This document shows, in pieces, positions 10,115 to 21,109 of a DNA stretch of 64,000 nucleotides. The DNA comes from Gemmatimonadaceae bacterium. GTDB taxonomy: Bacteria; Gemmatimonadota; Gemmatimonadetes; Gemmatimonadales; Gemmatimonadaceae. A program made the position numbers and the translations under genes. The stretch covers positions 96,001-160,000 of the forward strand of contig JBGAJQ010000002.1 in NCBI GenBank assembly GCA_044224875.1. Reading direction: 5' to 3'. Numbering within the stretch: position 1 is the stretch's first letter; each line of letters begins with the position of its first letter. The notes under the pieces were generated by a model that saw only the letters and a list, made by a program, of their open reading frames with translations, did no database searches and was not told where the DNA came from.

Positions 10115-10379
10115 TCGCTCAGTTCCTCTTCAGAATTTGCCGTAACCCGGCCCGATAGAATCGGAGGGTGATCGCGTCCCTCGCCGCCCGCTCTTCAATC
10201 GACACGCGCCGGACGGCGCGCCCCCAATTGGAGCGCACCCGCAGCCTGCACGTCTCGTGTCACGACTTCCCCACAGGGCTACCGGACGGCCGCCGAGCCT
10301 CGTCAATCGACGACCAAGCCCAAGCGACATAACGCATTGCGAGTGGCAAGGGGCGTGCCGACCCTGTCGCGTTGTCGCG

Positions 10380-12428
10380 TCACGTCCCCGGAAGGATAGC
10401 CCGCTGAAGCTGTGTCGTCATCTCCTCAGCGTGATGCGTCGGCGCATCGCAGATGTATCGCCGACACACGTAACCGGTCGCGCGACCCCCGACGGCGGCC
10501 TTGTCCCTTGTCAGCGCCGAGGTTCCTACGCGTCCGCCATATACGATCCCCAGCACGAGAGAAGGCGTAAAGTGTTGTGCAATAATTGTTTGCAGTGCCT
10601 TCAAGTCGCTCTTCCCCTCTTCTCCAGCGAGCACTACCTGAACGGGACCGAAGACATGCATGTCGGACACGCATAGAAGCTGTCCGAACGCGGTCGGATG
10701 ACTCACGGCTGACTCCGCTAGCTGCTCGAGGATCTCGCGTCCCAGCTCAGCGAACTCGGGGTTCCCGGTGATTTCTGCGACCCGCAGGAGCAGCTCCGCG
10801 GTTAAGGACTGCGCCGAGGGGGTCGCGTTGTCGACGACTTCCCGCGGGCGCGCGATGAGGAGCTCGTGGTCCGAGGCTGTGTCGAAGAAGATCCCATCCG
10901 GCTCAACCACGAAGTCCCGACATGCCGCGAGCGTGAGGCTGACGGCGCGCTCCAACCACAACTCGTCGCCCGTCAGCGTGTACATCTCAAGCAGCGCCAG
11001 ACCCAATGCGGACTGGTCCTCCAGGAAGCCCCGGCCTTTCGTGTGACCGTCGCGATGACTCCGCATGGCACGATCATTCACTACCATTTCGCGCCAAAGG
11101 AAGTTGGCGTTCTTCACCGCGAGTTCCCGATAGCGGGCGAGGTCGAACACGCGCGCGGCCTCAGCCACGGCGCGCAGCATCAGCGCATTCCAGGACGTGA
11201 GAATCTTCTCGTCGCGGCCGGGACGCGCACGTGATGCACGCTCCTTCAAGAGAATCGACGACGAACGTTTGATGGACGCGTCGACATCGACGACCGACAT
11301 TCCGAGTCGCTGCGCCACGACCTCAACCGGATTAGCCACAGAAAGGATGTTGCGACCCTCAAAGTTGCCGCTGACGGAGGTCCCCCAGTACGCCTCGGCT
11401 ACGGGAGCGTCGCTTCCCAGGAGGGCTTGGATCGCCGGCGCGGTCCAGACGTAGTACGTCCCCTCGTGTCCTTCAGAGTCGGCATCGAGGGAGGAATAGA
11501 AGCCGCCGGCGGGCGACGTCATTTCTCGTTCGAGCCAGGCGAGGGTCTGGTCCACCGTCACCCTGGCCAGCTCGAGCTTCGACGCCTGCCACATCGCGGT
11601 GGCCAATCTCACGAAGAGGGCGTTGTCGTAGAGCATCTTTTCGAAGTGCGGTACCAGCCACCGCTCATCGACGGAGTAGCGGTGGAGTCCGCCGCCGATC
11701 TGGTCGTAGATGCCTCCGTGCCGCATGGCGACAAAGGTGTGCTGGGCGATTTCCAATGCCTTCGCGTCGCGGGTGCGGGCCCAGTAATTCATCAGGAACA
11801 GGAGCGACATGGACGGCGGAAACTTTGGCGCGCCACCAAAGCCGCCAAAACGCTCGTCGTAGCTGGCGATGAGCTTTCGAGCCGCGCGTTGCAGCTCCTT
11901 CGCCGAGAGAGTGCCCGACGGTAGCCGTTGTTGCGACGCCTGATACACGTCGAGGATGGCCTTCCCGGTGGACTCTACGCGCTCGCGCTGGTTTCGGTAT
12001 GCGGCGGCGACCCCGGTAAGGATGCGGGAAAAGGACGGCAGCCCATGTCGGTCCGTTGGCGGGAAGTAGGTCCCACCGTAGAACGGAACACCATCCGGAG
12101 TCAGAAACACGGTCATCGGCCAGCCGCCGTGACCCGTCATGGCCTGCACGGCCTGCATATAGATGCCGTCGAGGTCAGGGCGTTCCTCGCGATCGACTTT
12201 CACATTCACGAAGAGATCGTTCATCAGCGCCGCGGTGGCTTCATTCTCGAACGACTCGTGCGCCATCACATGGCACCAGTGACAGGCGGCGTACCCAATG
12301 CTCAGCAAGATGGGTTTGTCCAGGGTCTTCGCCTGCTCCAGTGCTTCCGGTCCCCACGGAAGCCAGTCGACCGGGTTCATCGCATGCTGCTGGAGGTATG
12401 GCGAACTCTCGTTCGCGAGTCGGTTCAT
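10380..12428 (-). CDS. Thioredoxin domain-containing protein, YyaL/SPATA20 (DUF255) family
   Basis: [68 protein letters not shown]. Confidence 0.93.
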   Translation of the reverse strand: MNRLANESSPYLQQHAMNPVDWLPWGPEALEQAKTLDKPILLSIGYAACHWCHVMAHESFENEATAALMNDLFVNVKVDREERPDLDGIYMQAVQAMTGHGGWPMTVFLTPDGVPFYGGTYFPPTDRHGLPSFSRILTGVAAAYRNQRERVESTGKAILDVYQASQQRLPSGTLSAKELQRAARKLIASYDERFGGFGGAPKFPPSMSLLFLMNYWARTRDAKALEIAQHTFVAMRHGGIYDQIGGGLHRYSVDERWLVPHFEKMLYDNALFVRLATAMWQASKLELARVTVDQTLAWLEREMTSPAGGFYSSLDADSEGHEGTYYVWTAPAIQALLGSDAPVAEAYWGTSVSGNFEGRNILSVANPVEVVAQRLGMSVVDVDASIKRSSSILLKERASRARPGRDEKILTSWNALMLRAVAEAARVFDLARYRELAVKNANFLWREMVVNDRAMRSHRDGHTKGRGFLEDQSALGLALLEMYTLTGDELWLERAVSLTLAACRDFVVEPDGIFFDTASDHELLIARPREVVDNATPSAQSLTAELLLRVAEITGNPEFAELGREILEQLAESAVSHPTAFGQLLCVSDMHVFGPVQVVLAGEEGKSDLKALQTIIAQHFTPSLVLGIVYGGRVGTSALTRDKAAVGGRATGYVCRRYICDAPTHHAEEMTTQLQRAILPGT

Positions 12429-12577
12429 GGAGAAAGGTGAAGGTGTGGTCTTGCCGACACGACGACGGATGACGGGTATTCGCTGACCTATCCGTGTGAA
12501 AGGATAGCTTGCGACACCGCCGTCGGGCGAAGATGTTCGGCCACCGATTTCGTTCGCATCCAACCGACTCCGTACCC

Positions 12578-13954
12578 ATGAGCGCCACACTTTCCGCCGA
12601 TCTCGACCACTACTTCGGACAGCACGGAGCGCGCATGCAGCGCGAGCTGTTCGACTTCCTGCGTATTCCGAGCGTGAGCGCCAGAACGGAGCACGCCGCT
12701 GACGTGCAGCGCGCGGCAGAGTTTGTGCGCGATGCGTTGGTGGCGTCCGGGATGGCGTCTGAAATCATTCCGACACCGGGGCATCCGATCGTGCTGGGTG
12801 AGTGGCGGCAGGCGGGTCCGCAGGCTCCCACGTACCTGGTGTACGGACACTACGATGTCCAACCCGCGGAACCGCTGGAACTGTGGGAATCACCACCGTT
12901 TGAGCCGACGGTTCGCAATGGAAAGCTCTTTGCCCGGGGGTCTGTCGACGACAAAGGGCAGCTGTACCTGCACCTGAAGGCCCTCGAGGCACACCTCAAG
13001 GTTCGTGGCACACTGCCCGTGAACATCGTGGTCGTGGCCGAGGGCGAAGAGGAGGTAGGCAGCGACAACCTCGCCGACTTCGTGAAGACGAACGCCAAGC
13101 GTCTGGCGTGTGATGGCGTGGTCATTTCCGACTCATCCATGTTCGCGCCGGGAATCCCCTCGATCCTGTCTTCGTTGCGAGGGTTGGCGTACTTCCAGAT
13201 CGATGTCGAAGGACCGACCGTGGATCTGCACTCCGGCAGCTACGGCGGCGCGGTGGTGAACCCGGCAACGGCGCTCGCCCGCATCATTGCAAGCCTCCAC
13301 GACGCGAACCGGCATGTCGCGATCGCGGGGTTCTACGACCGCGTGCGGACGTGGCCCGAGGCAGTGCTGCAGCAGATGCGGGGATTGCCGTTCGACGAAG
13401 GGCATTTTCGCGCGGAAACAGGCGCCGAATCGTTAGGTGGCGAAGCGGCATACTCGACGCTGGAGCGGATCTGGACGCGGCCGACCTGCGAAGTGAATGG
13501 AATGCTGAGCGGCTACACCGGAGAGGGCGCGAAGACGGTGTTACCGTCCAAGGCCATGGCCAAGGTCAGCTGCCGCCTGGTCCCAGACCAAACGCCGGAC
13601 GAGATCGAAGCGCTCATGCGCGACCACGTGGCTCGTGTGGCGCCACCCGAAGTTCGAGTCACCGTGACGGCGCTCCACGGCGGCAAGCCGTGGCGTGGCG
13701 AGTTGACGGGGCCATTGTTCGACGCCGGTTGTCGCGCCCTCGAAGCCGCCTTTGGGCGGGCGCCAGTGATCGTTGGGGAAGGGGGATCGATTCCCGTGGT
13801 GGGTGACTTCGAGTCCATACTCGGAGCGCCTGTACTTCTGATGGGGTTTGGCCTGCCGGGCGAAAATGCCCACGCACCAAATGAGTGGATGAGCGTAGAG
13901 AATTTCGAGAAGGGGATGCGCGCGGTCGCAGCGCTGTGGGACTTACTGAAGTAG
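12578..13954 (+). CDS. M20/M25/M40 family dipeptidase
   Basis: [43 protein letters not shown]. Confidence 0.92.
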   Translation: MSATLSADLDHYFGQHGARMQRELFDFLRIPSVSARTEHAADVQRAAEFVRDALVASGMASEIIPTPGHPIVLGEWRQAGPQAPTYLVYGHYDVQPAEPLELWESPPFEPTVRNGKLFARGSVDDKGQLYLHLKALEAHLKVRGTLPVNIVVVAEGEEEVGSDNLADFVKTNAKRLACDGVVISDSSMFAPGIPSILSSLRGLAYFQIDVEGPTVDLHSGSYGGAVVNPATALARIIASLHDANRHVAIAGFYDRVRTWPEAVLQQMRGLPFDEGHFRAETGAESLGGEAAYSTLERIWTRPTCEVNGMLSGYTGEGAKTVLPSKAMAKVSCRLVPDQTPDEIEALMRDHVARVAPPEVRVTVTALHGGKPWRGELTGPLFDAGCRALEAAFGRAPVIVGEGGSIPVVGDFESILGAPVLLMGFGLPGENAHAPNEWMSVENFEKGMRAVAALWDLLK

Positions 13955-13980
13955 CCAACTTCTCGCCCCCCACACATCGA

Positions 13981-14062
13981 ATCGTCCAAAAATTTGGACG
14001 ATCGCTCGTTCTGGTGTCCTCGGGGCGCCTCGCAAAATACTATTTGACAACGAGTTAACTCG
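13981..14062 (+). promoter_or_regulatory. Putative promoter/operator region of the OMP gene: two palindromes and a TTGACA
   Basis: ATCGTCCAAA-aa-TTTGGACGAT (13981-14002); TTGACA (14044-14049); CGAGTTAACTCG (14051-14062). Confidence 0.5.
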
Positions 14063-14133
14063 GCTGGTGTGGTCGGGCATCGAGTGTGCTTTCTACGCTG
14101 GCGCTTCGGAGAAACGTCAACGAGGGAGCACCA

Positions 14134-14763
14134 ATGACCACTACTATCGTTCGCAGAATCGCCACGGCCGCTGTTGTTCTTCTTCCCAATGCGCTCGTCG
14201 CGCAGCGGTCCGTTCCCACCGTTGCCCGCGTCACGCCGTACGTTGGGTACATGACATTCGGGAATTACCTCAGTGGCCCGATCGGGACCCGAATCGCCAA
14301 CCAGAGCACCGCCGTGTATGGTGCGGAACTAGGAATCGACGTATCGCCTAACGTGGCGCTCGTCGGGAACATTGGATACGCCGATTCGAACGTGCAGGTC
14401 GGCCTCCCGATTATTGGCGGGTTGTCGATTGCCGACAGCAAGGTGCTCATGTACGATGGCGGCGTGCAGCTGCGCCTGCCGGCGACCACTGCTCTGGGTT
14501 CGGGTCTTGTGCCCTACGTACAGGGTGGCGCGGGTGCCATGCGATACGAAGTGAGATCGGGCCCACTTAAGACGCAGGCCACGAACTTTGCAGCGAATGT
14601 CGGGGGTGGCCTCGACGTCCAGCTCACTCGCAGCCTTGGAGTGCGTGGCATGGTGAAGGACTACATTGGCAAGTTCGACTTCAAGGAAGCCACGCAACTC
14701 AACCTGCATAACAACGTCGCCCACAACTGGGTGTATGGGCTGGGCCTGAACCTCGGGTTCTAA
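14134..14763 (+). CDS. Outer-membrane beta-barrel protein (8-stranded OmpA-TM/porin-like)
   Basis: Signal peptide; amphipathic strands PYVQGGAG, ANVGGGLDV; C-terminal YGLGLNLGF BAM signal; GGGAG RBS. Confidence 0.85.
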   Translation: MTTTIVRRIATAAVVLLPNALVAQRSVPTVARVTPYVGYMTFGNYLSGPIGTRIANQSTAVYGAELGIDVSPNVALVGNIGYADSNVQVGLPIIGGLSIADSKVLMYDGGVQLRLPATTALGSGLVPYVQGGAGAMRYEVRSGPLKTQATNFAANVGGGLDVQLTRSLGVRGMVKDYIGKFDFKEATQLNLHNNVAHNWVYGLGLNLGF

Positions 14764-14802
14764 CGATCGTCAGGCGAACGCAGGATGGGTGAGGGGCAAG
14801 GG

Positions 14803-14838
14803 GAAAGAGGCGCGGACCCACGGGTTCGCGCCTCTTTC
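14803..14838 (+). terminator. Intrinsic terminator-like hairpin after OMP gene
   Basis: GAAAGAGGCGCGGACCC-ac-GGGTTCGCGCCTCTTTC. Confidence 0.7.
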
Positions 14839-14879
14839 GCGTGAGGCGCACCTAGCGGCGGGGCGTATATTCCCGCGCC

Positions 14880-17234
14880 ATGCCACTCCTGATGCTCTTG
14901 CCGATGCTCCTCGCCACGGATTCAACCGCTGGCGGCGTTTTTCACGGGCGCAGTCGCCAGCTCGACGTAAATGCACCACGCGTCGAGGCGGCGGTCGTGG
15001 TAGATGGAACGCTGAGCGAGCCGGTCTGGAAGCAGGCGGCAGTGCTCACCGGGTTCTCGCAGTACCAGCCCGCGGACCAGCTACCAGCTTCGGACTCCAC
15101 CGAGGTACTGGTGTGGTATTCGCCCACGGCCATTCACTTTGGAGTTCGGGCGTTCTCACCCGCGGGCACCGTGAACGCGCGCTTGTCTGATCGCGACAAG
15201 ATCCAGTCCGATGACTACGTAGAGATCATCCTCAGCACGTTCAATGACGGACGTCAGGCGTTCGTGTTCGGCGTGAATGCGCTCGGGGTTCAGTCGGACG
15301 GAACGATCAATGAGGGATCGAAGACGACGTCGGCGGGCAGCAGTTCCCAGGCGACCAGCGTGACGCAATCGGACCTCAGCGCGAACTTCGTCTACGAGTC
15401 CAAGGGGCACGTGACGGACTATGGCTACGAGGTGGAGGTGCGCATCCCGTTCAAGAGCCTGCGGTACCAGGCCACGGAGACCCAAGACTGGGGGATTCAG
15501 CTCACTCGGCAGGTGCAACATCTTGGGCACTTCGATACGTGGACACCGACGCGTCGCGACGCCGCCTCTTTCCTCGGGCAATCGGGAACACTGCGAGGCC
15601 TCCACGACCTGCGTCGAGGTCTGGTGGTCGATGTCAATCCGTCGATCGTCGCGCGGCAAAACGGTGCTCCCAAGTCGGATGGATCCTGGGGCTACGCGCC
15701 CGACGGCCCCGAGTACGGTGCCACGATCAAGTGGGGAATCACCAACAACCTGTCACTGAATGGCACGGTGAACCCGGACTTCTCGCAAGTCGAGACGGAT
15801 GTCGTGGCGTTCTCCTATGATCCGCGCCAGGCACTGTTCTACCCGGAGCGTCGTCCCTTCTTCCTAGAAGGCATCGAGAATTTCGCCGCGCCGAGTGGCT
15901 TGGTGTACACGCGGTCCATCGTGCAACCGGATGTGGCAGTGAAGCTGACGGGAAAGGCCATGGGGACCAACCTGGCCATCCTTTCGGCGCTCGACGACCG
16001 GGCCACCTCGCTGGATGGGACTGGACATCCCTTCGTGAACATCGTGCGAGCGGTGCGAGACCTGGGCACACAATCTCGGCTGGGTTTCACGTACACGGAT
16101 CGGATGGACGGCGACAGTGTCAACCGGGTGGTGGGGCTTGACGCCCAGGTCATTGCCAGGAAGTTGTGGCTGCTCAATGTGGCTGGCGCATTCAGCCGCA
16201 CGTCGTCTGGCGACTCCGTCCTGACGGCGCCGACGATCGCCGCCACGTTGTCGCGAAGCGGGCGCCGGTACGTGCTGAGCGCGCGACTGACGGGTGTGGA
16301 CCGGAATTTTGTTGCGCGCGCCGGATTCGTCGGACGGAAGGACGTGGCGGACTACGTCGTTTCAAACACGTGGAACTTCTACCGTCCGAAAGGATCGTTG
16401 ATCGAGACGTGGAATGTGGGGATCCGTGGTCAGGAGACAGGTTCCTATGACGCATTCGTGCATGGTGGTGCGTCCCAGGACCGGAAGCTGCACTTTATTG
16501 CGAATGCTGCAGCGCGTGGTGGCTGGCGCATGAATGCCGGCGTGTACTTCGAGAACTTCGGCTTCGATGAGCGACTGTACGCGCCCTATTACATCGAGCG
16601 AGATCTCGGGGCAGGGCGCTTGGACACGGTGAAGTTCACGGCCGCTGGCGACCCACGACTGCACAACGTCGATCTGACATTTCGGATTGTCACCCCAGAG
16701 TTCGCCAAGTTTTCCGGCGATTTCTTCTATATCGGGGGGAAGGACGAGAACTTCGACGAATGGCAGTCCGGTCTGATTCACTACATCACCGTCAACGCGC
16801 GCTTCCGTCCCACCGACCAGCTGCGTTTTGAGGCGCAGTATCAGCACCAGGAGTTCAACCGCTGGAAGTCGGGAAGCACGGTAAATATCCGCAAGGTGCC
16901 GCGAATCAAGATGGAGTATCAGGTGACTCGGTCCATTTTTGTTCGCTTTGTTGGCCAGTACGATGCGTTGCAGAAGCTGGACCTGCGCGATGACGAGCGC
17001 ACCAATTTCCCGTTGCTCTACCGCAACGCGGATGGTTCTTACACGCGGATGTCTGGGTTCACGTCAAACCGAATTCGCGGGGACTGGCTGTTCTCGTATC
17101 AGCCAACGCCAGGCACCGTATTCTTCGCTGGGTATGGCAGCACCATGCAGGAGCCGCGTACGTTCCGGTTTGGGAGTCTTGACCGAACCGTTGATGGATT
17201 CTTCGTCAAGTGGAGCTACCTCTTCCGGTTGTGA
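14880..17234 (+). CDS. CBM9-like / DUF5916 outer-membrane protein
   Basis: VDGTLSEPVW, FGVNALGVQSD, EVRIPFKSLRY, TVNPDFSQVE, YPERRPFFLEG, C-terminal FFVKWSYLFRL. Confidence 0.85.
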   Translation: MPLLMLLPMLLATDSTAGGVFHGRSRQLDVNAPRVEAAVVVDGTLSEPVWKQAAVLTGFSQYQPADQLPASDSTEVLVWYSPTAIHFGVRAFSPAGTVNARLSDRDKIQSDDYVEIILSTFNDGRQAFVFGVNALGVQSDGTINEGSKTTSAGSSSQATSVTQSDLSANFVYESKGHVTDYGYEVEVRIPFKSLRYQATETQDWGIQLTRQVQHLGHFDTWTPTRRDAASFLGQSGTLRGLHDLRRGLVVDVNPSIVARQNGAPKSDGSWGYAPDGPEYGATIKWGITNNLSLNGTVNPDFSQVETDVVAFSYDPRQALFYPERRPFFLEGIENFAAPSGLVYTRSIVQPDVAVKLTGKAMGTNLAILSALDDRATSLDGTGHPFVNIVRAVRDLGTQSRLGFTYTDRMDGDSVNRVVGLDAQVIARKLWLLNVAGAFSRTSSGDSVLTAPTIAATLSRSGRRYVLSARLTGVDRNFVARAGFVGRKDVADYVVSNTWNFYRPKGSLIETWNVGIRGQETGSYDAFVHGGASQDRKLHFIANAAARGGWRMNAGVYFENFGFDERLYAPYYIERDLGAGRLDTVKFTAAGDPRLHNVDLTFRIVTPEFAKFSGDFFYIGGKDENFDEWQSGLIHYITVNARFRPTDQLRFEAQYQHQEFNRWKSGSTVNIRKVPRIKMEYQVTRSIFVRFVGQYDALQKLDLRDDERTNFPLLYRNADGSYTRMSGFTSNRIRGDWLFSYQPTPGTVFFAGYGSTMQEPRTFRFGSLDRTVDGFFVKWSYLFRL

Positions 17235-17245
17235 GGTGTTCGTCG

Positions 17246-18166
17246 ATGAGTCGTCGTTTTCGATGGATCATTCGCGGAGTGGCCAGTTGCTCGACTGGCG
17301 CGGTACTCGCGGGCCTTGGAGTCGCCGCCTGTGCCGCCCCCAATGCGAAGTCGGTCGCCAAAGATACGACGGCTGCTCCGTCAGCCCCAACGCCTGTGTT
17401 CGTCAAGAAGGTTGCATTCCGGGTGCCGCAAGAAAGCGAGATCAGTGATTCCGTCGTACTGGCAGCGGTCCGTCGTGGACGCGCACTGATTCAGCACACA
17501 CGGGATTCGCTGCCTGCAAATGTCGGCGCGGAGTTGCAGTGCAACAGCTGCCACGCGTTAGACGGAACCCAGAAGAATGCGATGCCGTTCGTCGGCGTCT
17601 ATGCGCGATTTCCGCAATACCGGAGCCGCGCCGGTGGTACGCAGATCATCGAGGATCGGGTCAACGACTGCTTCAAACGCAGCATGAACGGCCGGCCGCT
17701 GGTTCCAGAGAGTCGCGAGATGCGCGACATCGTGGCCTACATGGCCTTTCTCTCCTATGGATACCCTGTCGGAGCCGAGGCTGAAGGGCAGGGGTTTCCT
17801 CGCCTCGAACCGTTGCCAGGCGACACGACACGCGGGGCAGCGCTCTTCGCTGAAAAGTGTGTCCGGTGCCATGGTCCGAATGGGCAGGGGAGCGCACTGG
17901 CGCCGCCCACTTGGGGTCCGCGGTCGTTCAACGTCGGTGCGGGAATGGCGCGTCTGCGCACGGCAGCTGGCTTCATCAAGGAGCTGATGCCGCAAGACCA
18001 GCCGCGGACGCTGACGGCGCAACAGGCGTTTGACCTGGCGGCCTATATCACCTCACGATCGCGCCCCGACTTCAAGGGCAAGGAACGCGACTGGCCGCGG
18101 GGCGACCCACCACCTGACGTGGCGTATCCCACCGCGGCGGCCAAGGGAGCCAAGAAGGGCAAATAG
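17246..18166 (+). CDS. tsdA: Diheme c-type cytochrome, thiosulfate dehydrogenase TsdA family, probable lipoprotein
   Basis: CNSCH and CVRCH heme motifs; RVNDCFKRSMNG with the catalytic Cys ligand; SFNVGAGM; MP motif; lipobox-like VAAC. Confidence 0.8.
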   Translation: MSRRFRWIIRGVASCSTGAVLAGLGVAACAAPNAKSVAKDTTAAPSAPTPVFVKKVAFRVPQESEISDSVVLAAVRRGRALIQHTRDSLPANVGAELQCNSCHALDGTQKNAMPFVGVYARFPQYRSRAGGTQIIEDRVNDCFKRSMNGRPLVPESREMRDIVAYMAFLSYGYPVGAEAEGQGFPRLEPLPGDTTRGAALFAEKCVRCHGPNGQGSALAPPTWGPRSFNVGAGMARLRTAAGFIKELMPQDQPRTLTAQQAFDLAAYITSRSRPDFKGKERDWPRGDPPPDVAYPTAAAKGAKKGK

Positions 18167-18186
18167 CCGATGCGACGGACCGGCGT

Positions 18187-18567
18187 CTAGTGAATGCCGG
18201 CCTCGGATTGCAGCCAGCGCACATACGCGGTGACCTGAATGGCATCCGCTTCGGACACTCCATCGACGGGCGGCATGTCGCCGTAGGTCCAATGATGCGC
18301 ACGTACTCCGCGCTGCACGGCGAGCAGGAAGGCGGCATCGGCGTGATGCCCTGGCGCATAGATCGCGTGCAGTAGGGGTGGACCGGAATCGGAACCGAGC
18401 CCCCATGTACCGTGGCAGCGCGCACAACGCGCCTGAAAGAGCGAGTCGCCCTCCGCCAGTACGGTTGGTGTTGGAGCTGGCGGATTGGGCAGGCGCGCCG
18501 AGGGCGCCTCCGGCCGACAAGCGGCCAACACCAACACCATGGGAACGGCCCACCGGGCGTGGTTCAT
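18187..18567 (-). CDS. Monoheme cytochrome c lipoprotein
   Basis: LAAC lipobox; CARCH; GPPL, HH-x-D, HHW-x-x-GDMP. Confidence 0.85.
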   Translation of the reverse strand: MNHARWAVPMVLVLAACRPEAPSARLPNPPAPTPTVLAEGDSLFQARCARCHGTWGLGSDSGPPLLHAIYAPGHHADAAFLLAVQRGVRAHHWTYGDMPPVDGVSEADAIQVTAYVRWLQSEAGIH

Positions 18568-19427
18568 GCCGGCGAAGCCGCCGCCTCAGCGGCAGGCGCT
18601 CCGAACAGGCGGCGGTCGTCATCCATCAGTTCCCGGACGCGATCCATGACATGGTCGGTGATCACCTTGTAGGTGCTTCCCTTCCCTGGTAGGGAAAGGA
18701 ACGGTTCGATGTCGACCGGCGCGCCAAAATGGATGCGGATGGGGAGGGGAGAACGCCAATTCGCCGCGACCTGATTCCACAAGGTGTTCTCGAGCCCGAC
18801 AACAAACACCGGGATCACACGGGGCCGCGCCGTATGGATGATGCGACCAGTGCCGGGTTGCACCCGCCGCAGCGTATACGGGTCCGGGTTCAGGTTGCGT
18901 CCGCCCTCCGGGTGAATGCCCACCATGGTCTGACTTCCCGCGCTCAGGAGCACGACGAGCGTTTCCAGCGAATGCCGGTCGACATCGCGATGCGATGCCG
19001 CGGCAAAGAGTGGCGGAAACATGGTCCAGAAGCCGGCGGTCGCGTTGGCGACGAGCCCGAATGGCTTGGTGTAATACGGATTCCCCATGATGGGGAAGTA
19101 GAGGTTTCGCCTAACGCCGGTGTGCCGGTACACCTCACTCGACACCACGAACATATCGAAATACGAGCGGTGATTGGCGACGAGCAGTATCGGGCGATCC
19201 GGTGGTGCCGCCTTGACGTGCTCCATGCCAAACACGGCGGTCCGTCGCGCGGTGACGGATCGAATGAAGATCGACCCCAAGGTGTACTGCCAAAGGCTCA
19301 TCCACCGCTTCAACAGCCCACTATTCATCCGACGAGCCAACCGATAGTGCAGGCGCTCAAGCGGGGTGAGCGCCCGCAGAAGCTCGTCGGGGGCCTTGGG
19401 AATAGACCGTGGCGGAGGTGAGAACAT
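18564..19427 (-). CDS. Lysophospholipid acyltransferase (PlsC-like)
   Basis: ANHRSYFD (HxxxxD), HPEGGR, IHFGAP. Confidence 0.88.
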   Translation of the reverse strand: MFSPPPRSIPKAPDELLRALTPLERLHYRLARRMNSGLLKRWMSLWQYTLGSIFIRSVTARRTAVFGMEHVKAAPPDRPILLVANHRSYFDMFVVSSEVYRHTGVRRNLYFPIMGNPYYTKPFGLVANATAGFWTMFPPLFAAASHRDVDRHSLETLVVLLSAGSQTMVGIHPEGGRNLNPDPYTLRRVQPGTGRIIHTARPRVIPVFVVGLENTLWNQVAANWRSPLPIRIHFGAPVDIEPFLSLPGKGSTYKVITDHVMDRVRELMDDDRRLFGAPAAEAAASPA

Positions 19428-19540
19428 CGATCAGTTCTAGTGCTGGCGGGGCAAGTGAGTCGGCATAGGTTCCGGTGGTCGGTCGCCGTGCAGCGTACGA
19501 CCTGCTTCAGGAGTGCAAACCGAATGCCGAAGGGAGGAAG

Positions 19541-21109
19541 ATGACGCCAGACATGCCATCAGCCAACATCCGCGTGTGGAAGTGGGCCGTGCGGCTCGTG
19601 GTGCTCGGGCAGCTTGCGTGGCCGTCCCTTTGCGGCGCACAGAGCGATGTCGCGTTCCCTCCACAGGTGCATGCTAGGCGTCGTGCGGCGTTGGAGCGCC
19701 TAACGGGTGACGCGGTGATCGTCGTCCCCGGTCGCTACATGATCAACCCCGGCGATGAGCCCATCAGGCAAGACCCGAACTTCTGGTACCTGACGGGTGT
19801 CGAGTCGCCATTCAGCATACTGCTCATGGTTCCCGAGCGTGGCACGGCGGGAAGCTCGCTGTCCTTGCGCTGGAGGAGCTACCTCTTTGTCCCGGAGCGC
19901 TACCAGTATGCGGGGGGCCAGTTTCCGATGGCCGACACGCGCTTTCGTCAGGCTCCCTGGAATCGCCCACCCGCTCGACTGACACCAGGCGAAGAGTCGG
20001 CGCGCGCAGTCGGTGTCGATGGCGTGTTTCCGATTGACTCCTTCGTTCCCCGCCTGTTCGACTTTGCTCGCGACGCGAAGGTCCTCTACGTTCCCGTCGA
20101 CGGACCTCTGAGTCTGCCGGCAAACTTCCCGGGCGTACTGTCGTTCAACGACGGATTCATCGCTGGTGTAAGCGCGTTGTTGCCCGGAATGGAACGCAGG
20201 GATCTCACGCCACTAATGGCGCGACTTCGCGCGGTGAAGGATTCCCTGGAGGTCCGGGCGCTTCGCAAGGCAGCCGAGATCTCGGGCAAAGGCATGGTGG
20301 AGATGATGCGCGCTACTCGCCCCGGCATGCGTGACCGGGAGATCGCCGGGCTCATGGAGTTCGTCTGGAAGCGCGAGGGTTCACCGCGTGCCGCCTTTAC
20401 GCCAATCGTGTCGTCGGGGCCCGACGCGATGACGTTGTTCACCTTGCAACGTGAACGATACAATGCCGTGAACCACGTGATGCGGTCGGGCGAGCTGCTA
20501 TTCGTCGACTATGGAGCGGCGGAATGGATGATGTACGGATCCGATCTGTGCCGGACCGTGCCCGTGTCCGGTCACTTCACGCCAGTCCAACGGAAGTACT
20601 ATGACGTGGTACTCCAGGCGCAGGAAGCGGCGATCGCGGCCATACGTCCGGGCGTGCTGATGGTGGACGTGATCAAGGCGGCGGCAATGGTGTTCAGGAG
20701 TCACGGCCTCGAGCCTAACGAGGACGTTGACCGCATGGGTGTGGACCACGTATGGGGGATCATGCCCTCCCCCACTCACTACTTGACGCGCAATGCTGGC
20801 GTGACGCGGTACAGTGCCGCTGGTTTCGGTGTACGAGACATCGGCCACCATGTGGGGCTGGAAGCCACCGACGGGCGCGACTGGACGCGGCCGCTGGAAC
20901 CGGGGATGGTCGTAACGGTAGAGCCCAAGCTGTACATCCCGGACGAACAGATTGCGATCATGATCGAGGACGAAATCCTTGTTACAGCTGACGGGCACGA
21001 CAACCTCTCGGCCAACGTGCCGAAGCGCGCCGTGGACATCGAGCGCGTGATGGCGGAAGGACGGCGAGCTCGATCGCGCCCCTCACGTCCCCCGGAGGGC
21101 GCCAAATGA
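19541..21109 (+). CDS. Secreted Xaa-Pro aminopeptidase-like M24B metallopeptidase (divergent)
   Basis: RQDPNFWYLTG N-domain; VDYGA, SDLCRT, GHHVG, TVEP, IEDEILVT metal ligands; GGAGG RBS. Confidence 0.85.
   Translation: MTPDMPSANIRVWKWAVRLVVLGQLAWPSLCGAQSDVAFPPQVHARRRAALERLTGDAVIVVPGRYMINPGDEPIRQDPNFWYLTGVESPFSILLMVPERGTAGSSLSLRWRSYLFVPERYQYAGGQFPMADTRFRQAPWNRPPARLTPGEESARAVGVDGVFPIDSFVPRLFDFARDAKVLYVPVDGPLSLPANFPGVLSFNDGFIAGVSALLPGMERRDLTPLMARLRAVKDSLEVRALRKAAEISGKGMVEMMRATRPGMRDREIAGLMEFVWKREGSPRAAFTPIVSSGPDAMTLFTLQRERYNAVNHVMRSGELLFVDYGAAEWMMYGSDLCRTVPVSGHFTPVQRKYYDVVLQAQEAAIAAIRPGVLMVDVIKAAAMVFRSHGLEPNEDVDRMGVDHVWGIMPSPTHYLTRNAGVTRYSAAGFGVRDIGHHVGLEATDGRDWTRPLEPGMVVTVEPKLYIPDEQIAIMIEDEILVTADGHDNLSANVPKRAVDIERVMAEGRRARSRPSRPPEGAK

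Noticed and set aside
12266..12284. CHWCH in the YyaL-family protein matches the CxxCH heme motif
   Set aside because: It is the conserved thioredoxin-like CxxC of a cytoplasmic family with no signal peptide; not a cytochrome.
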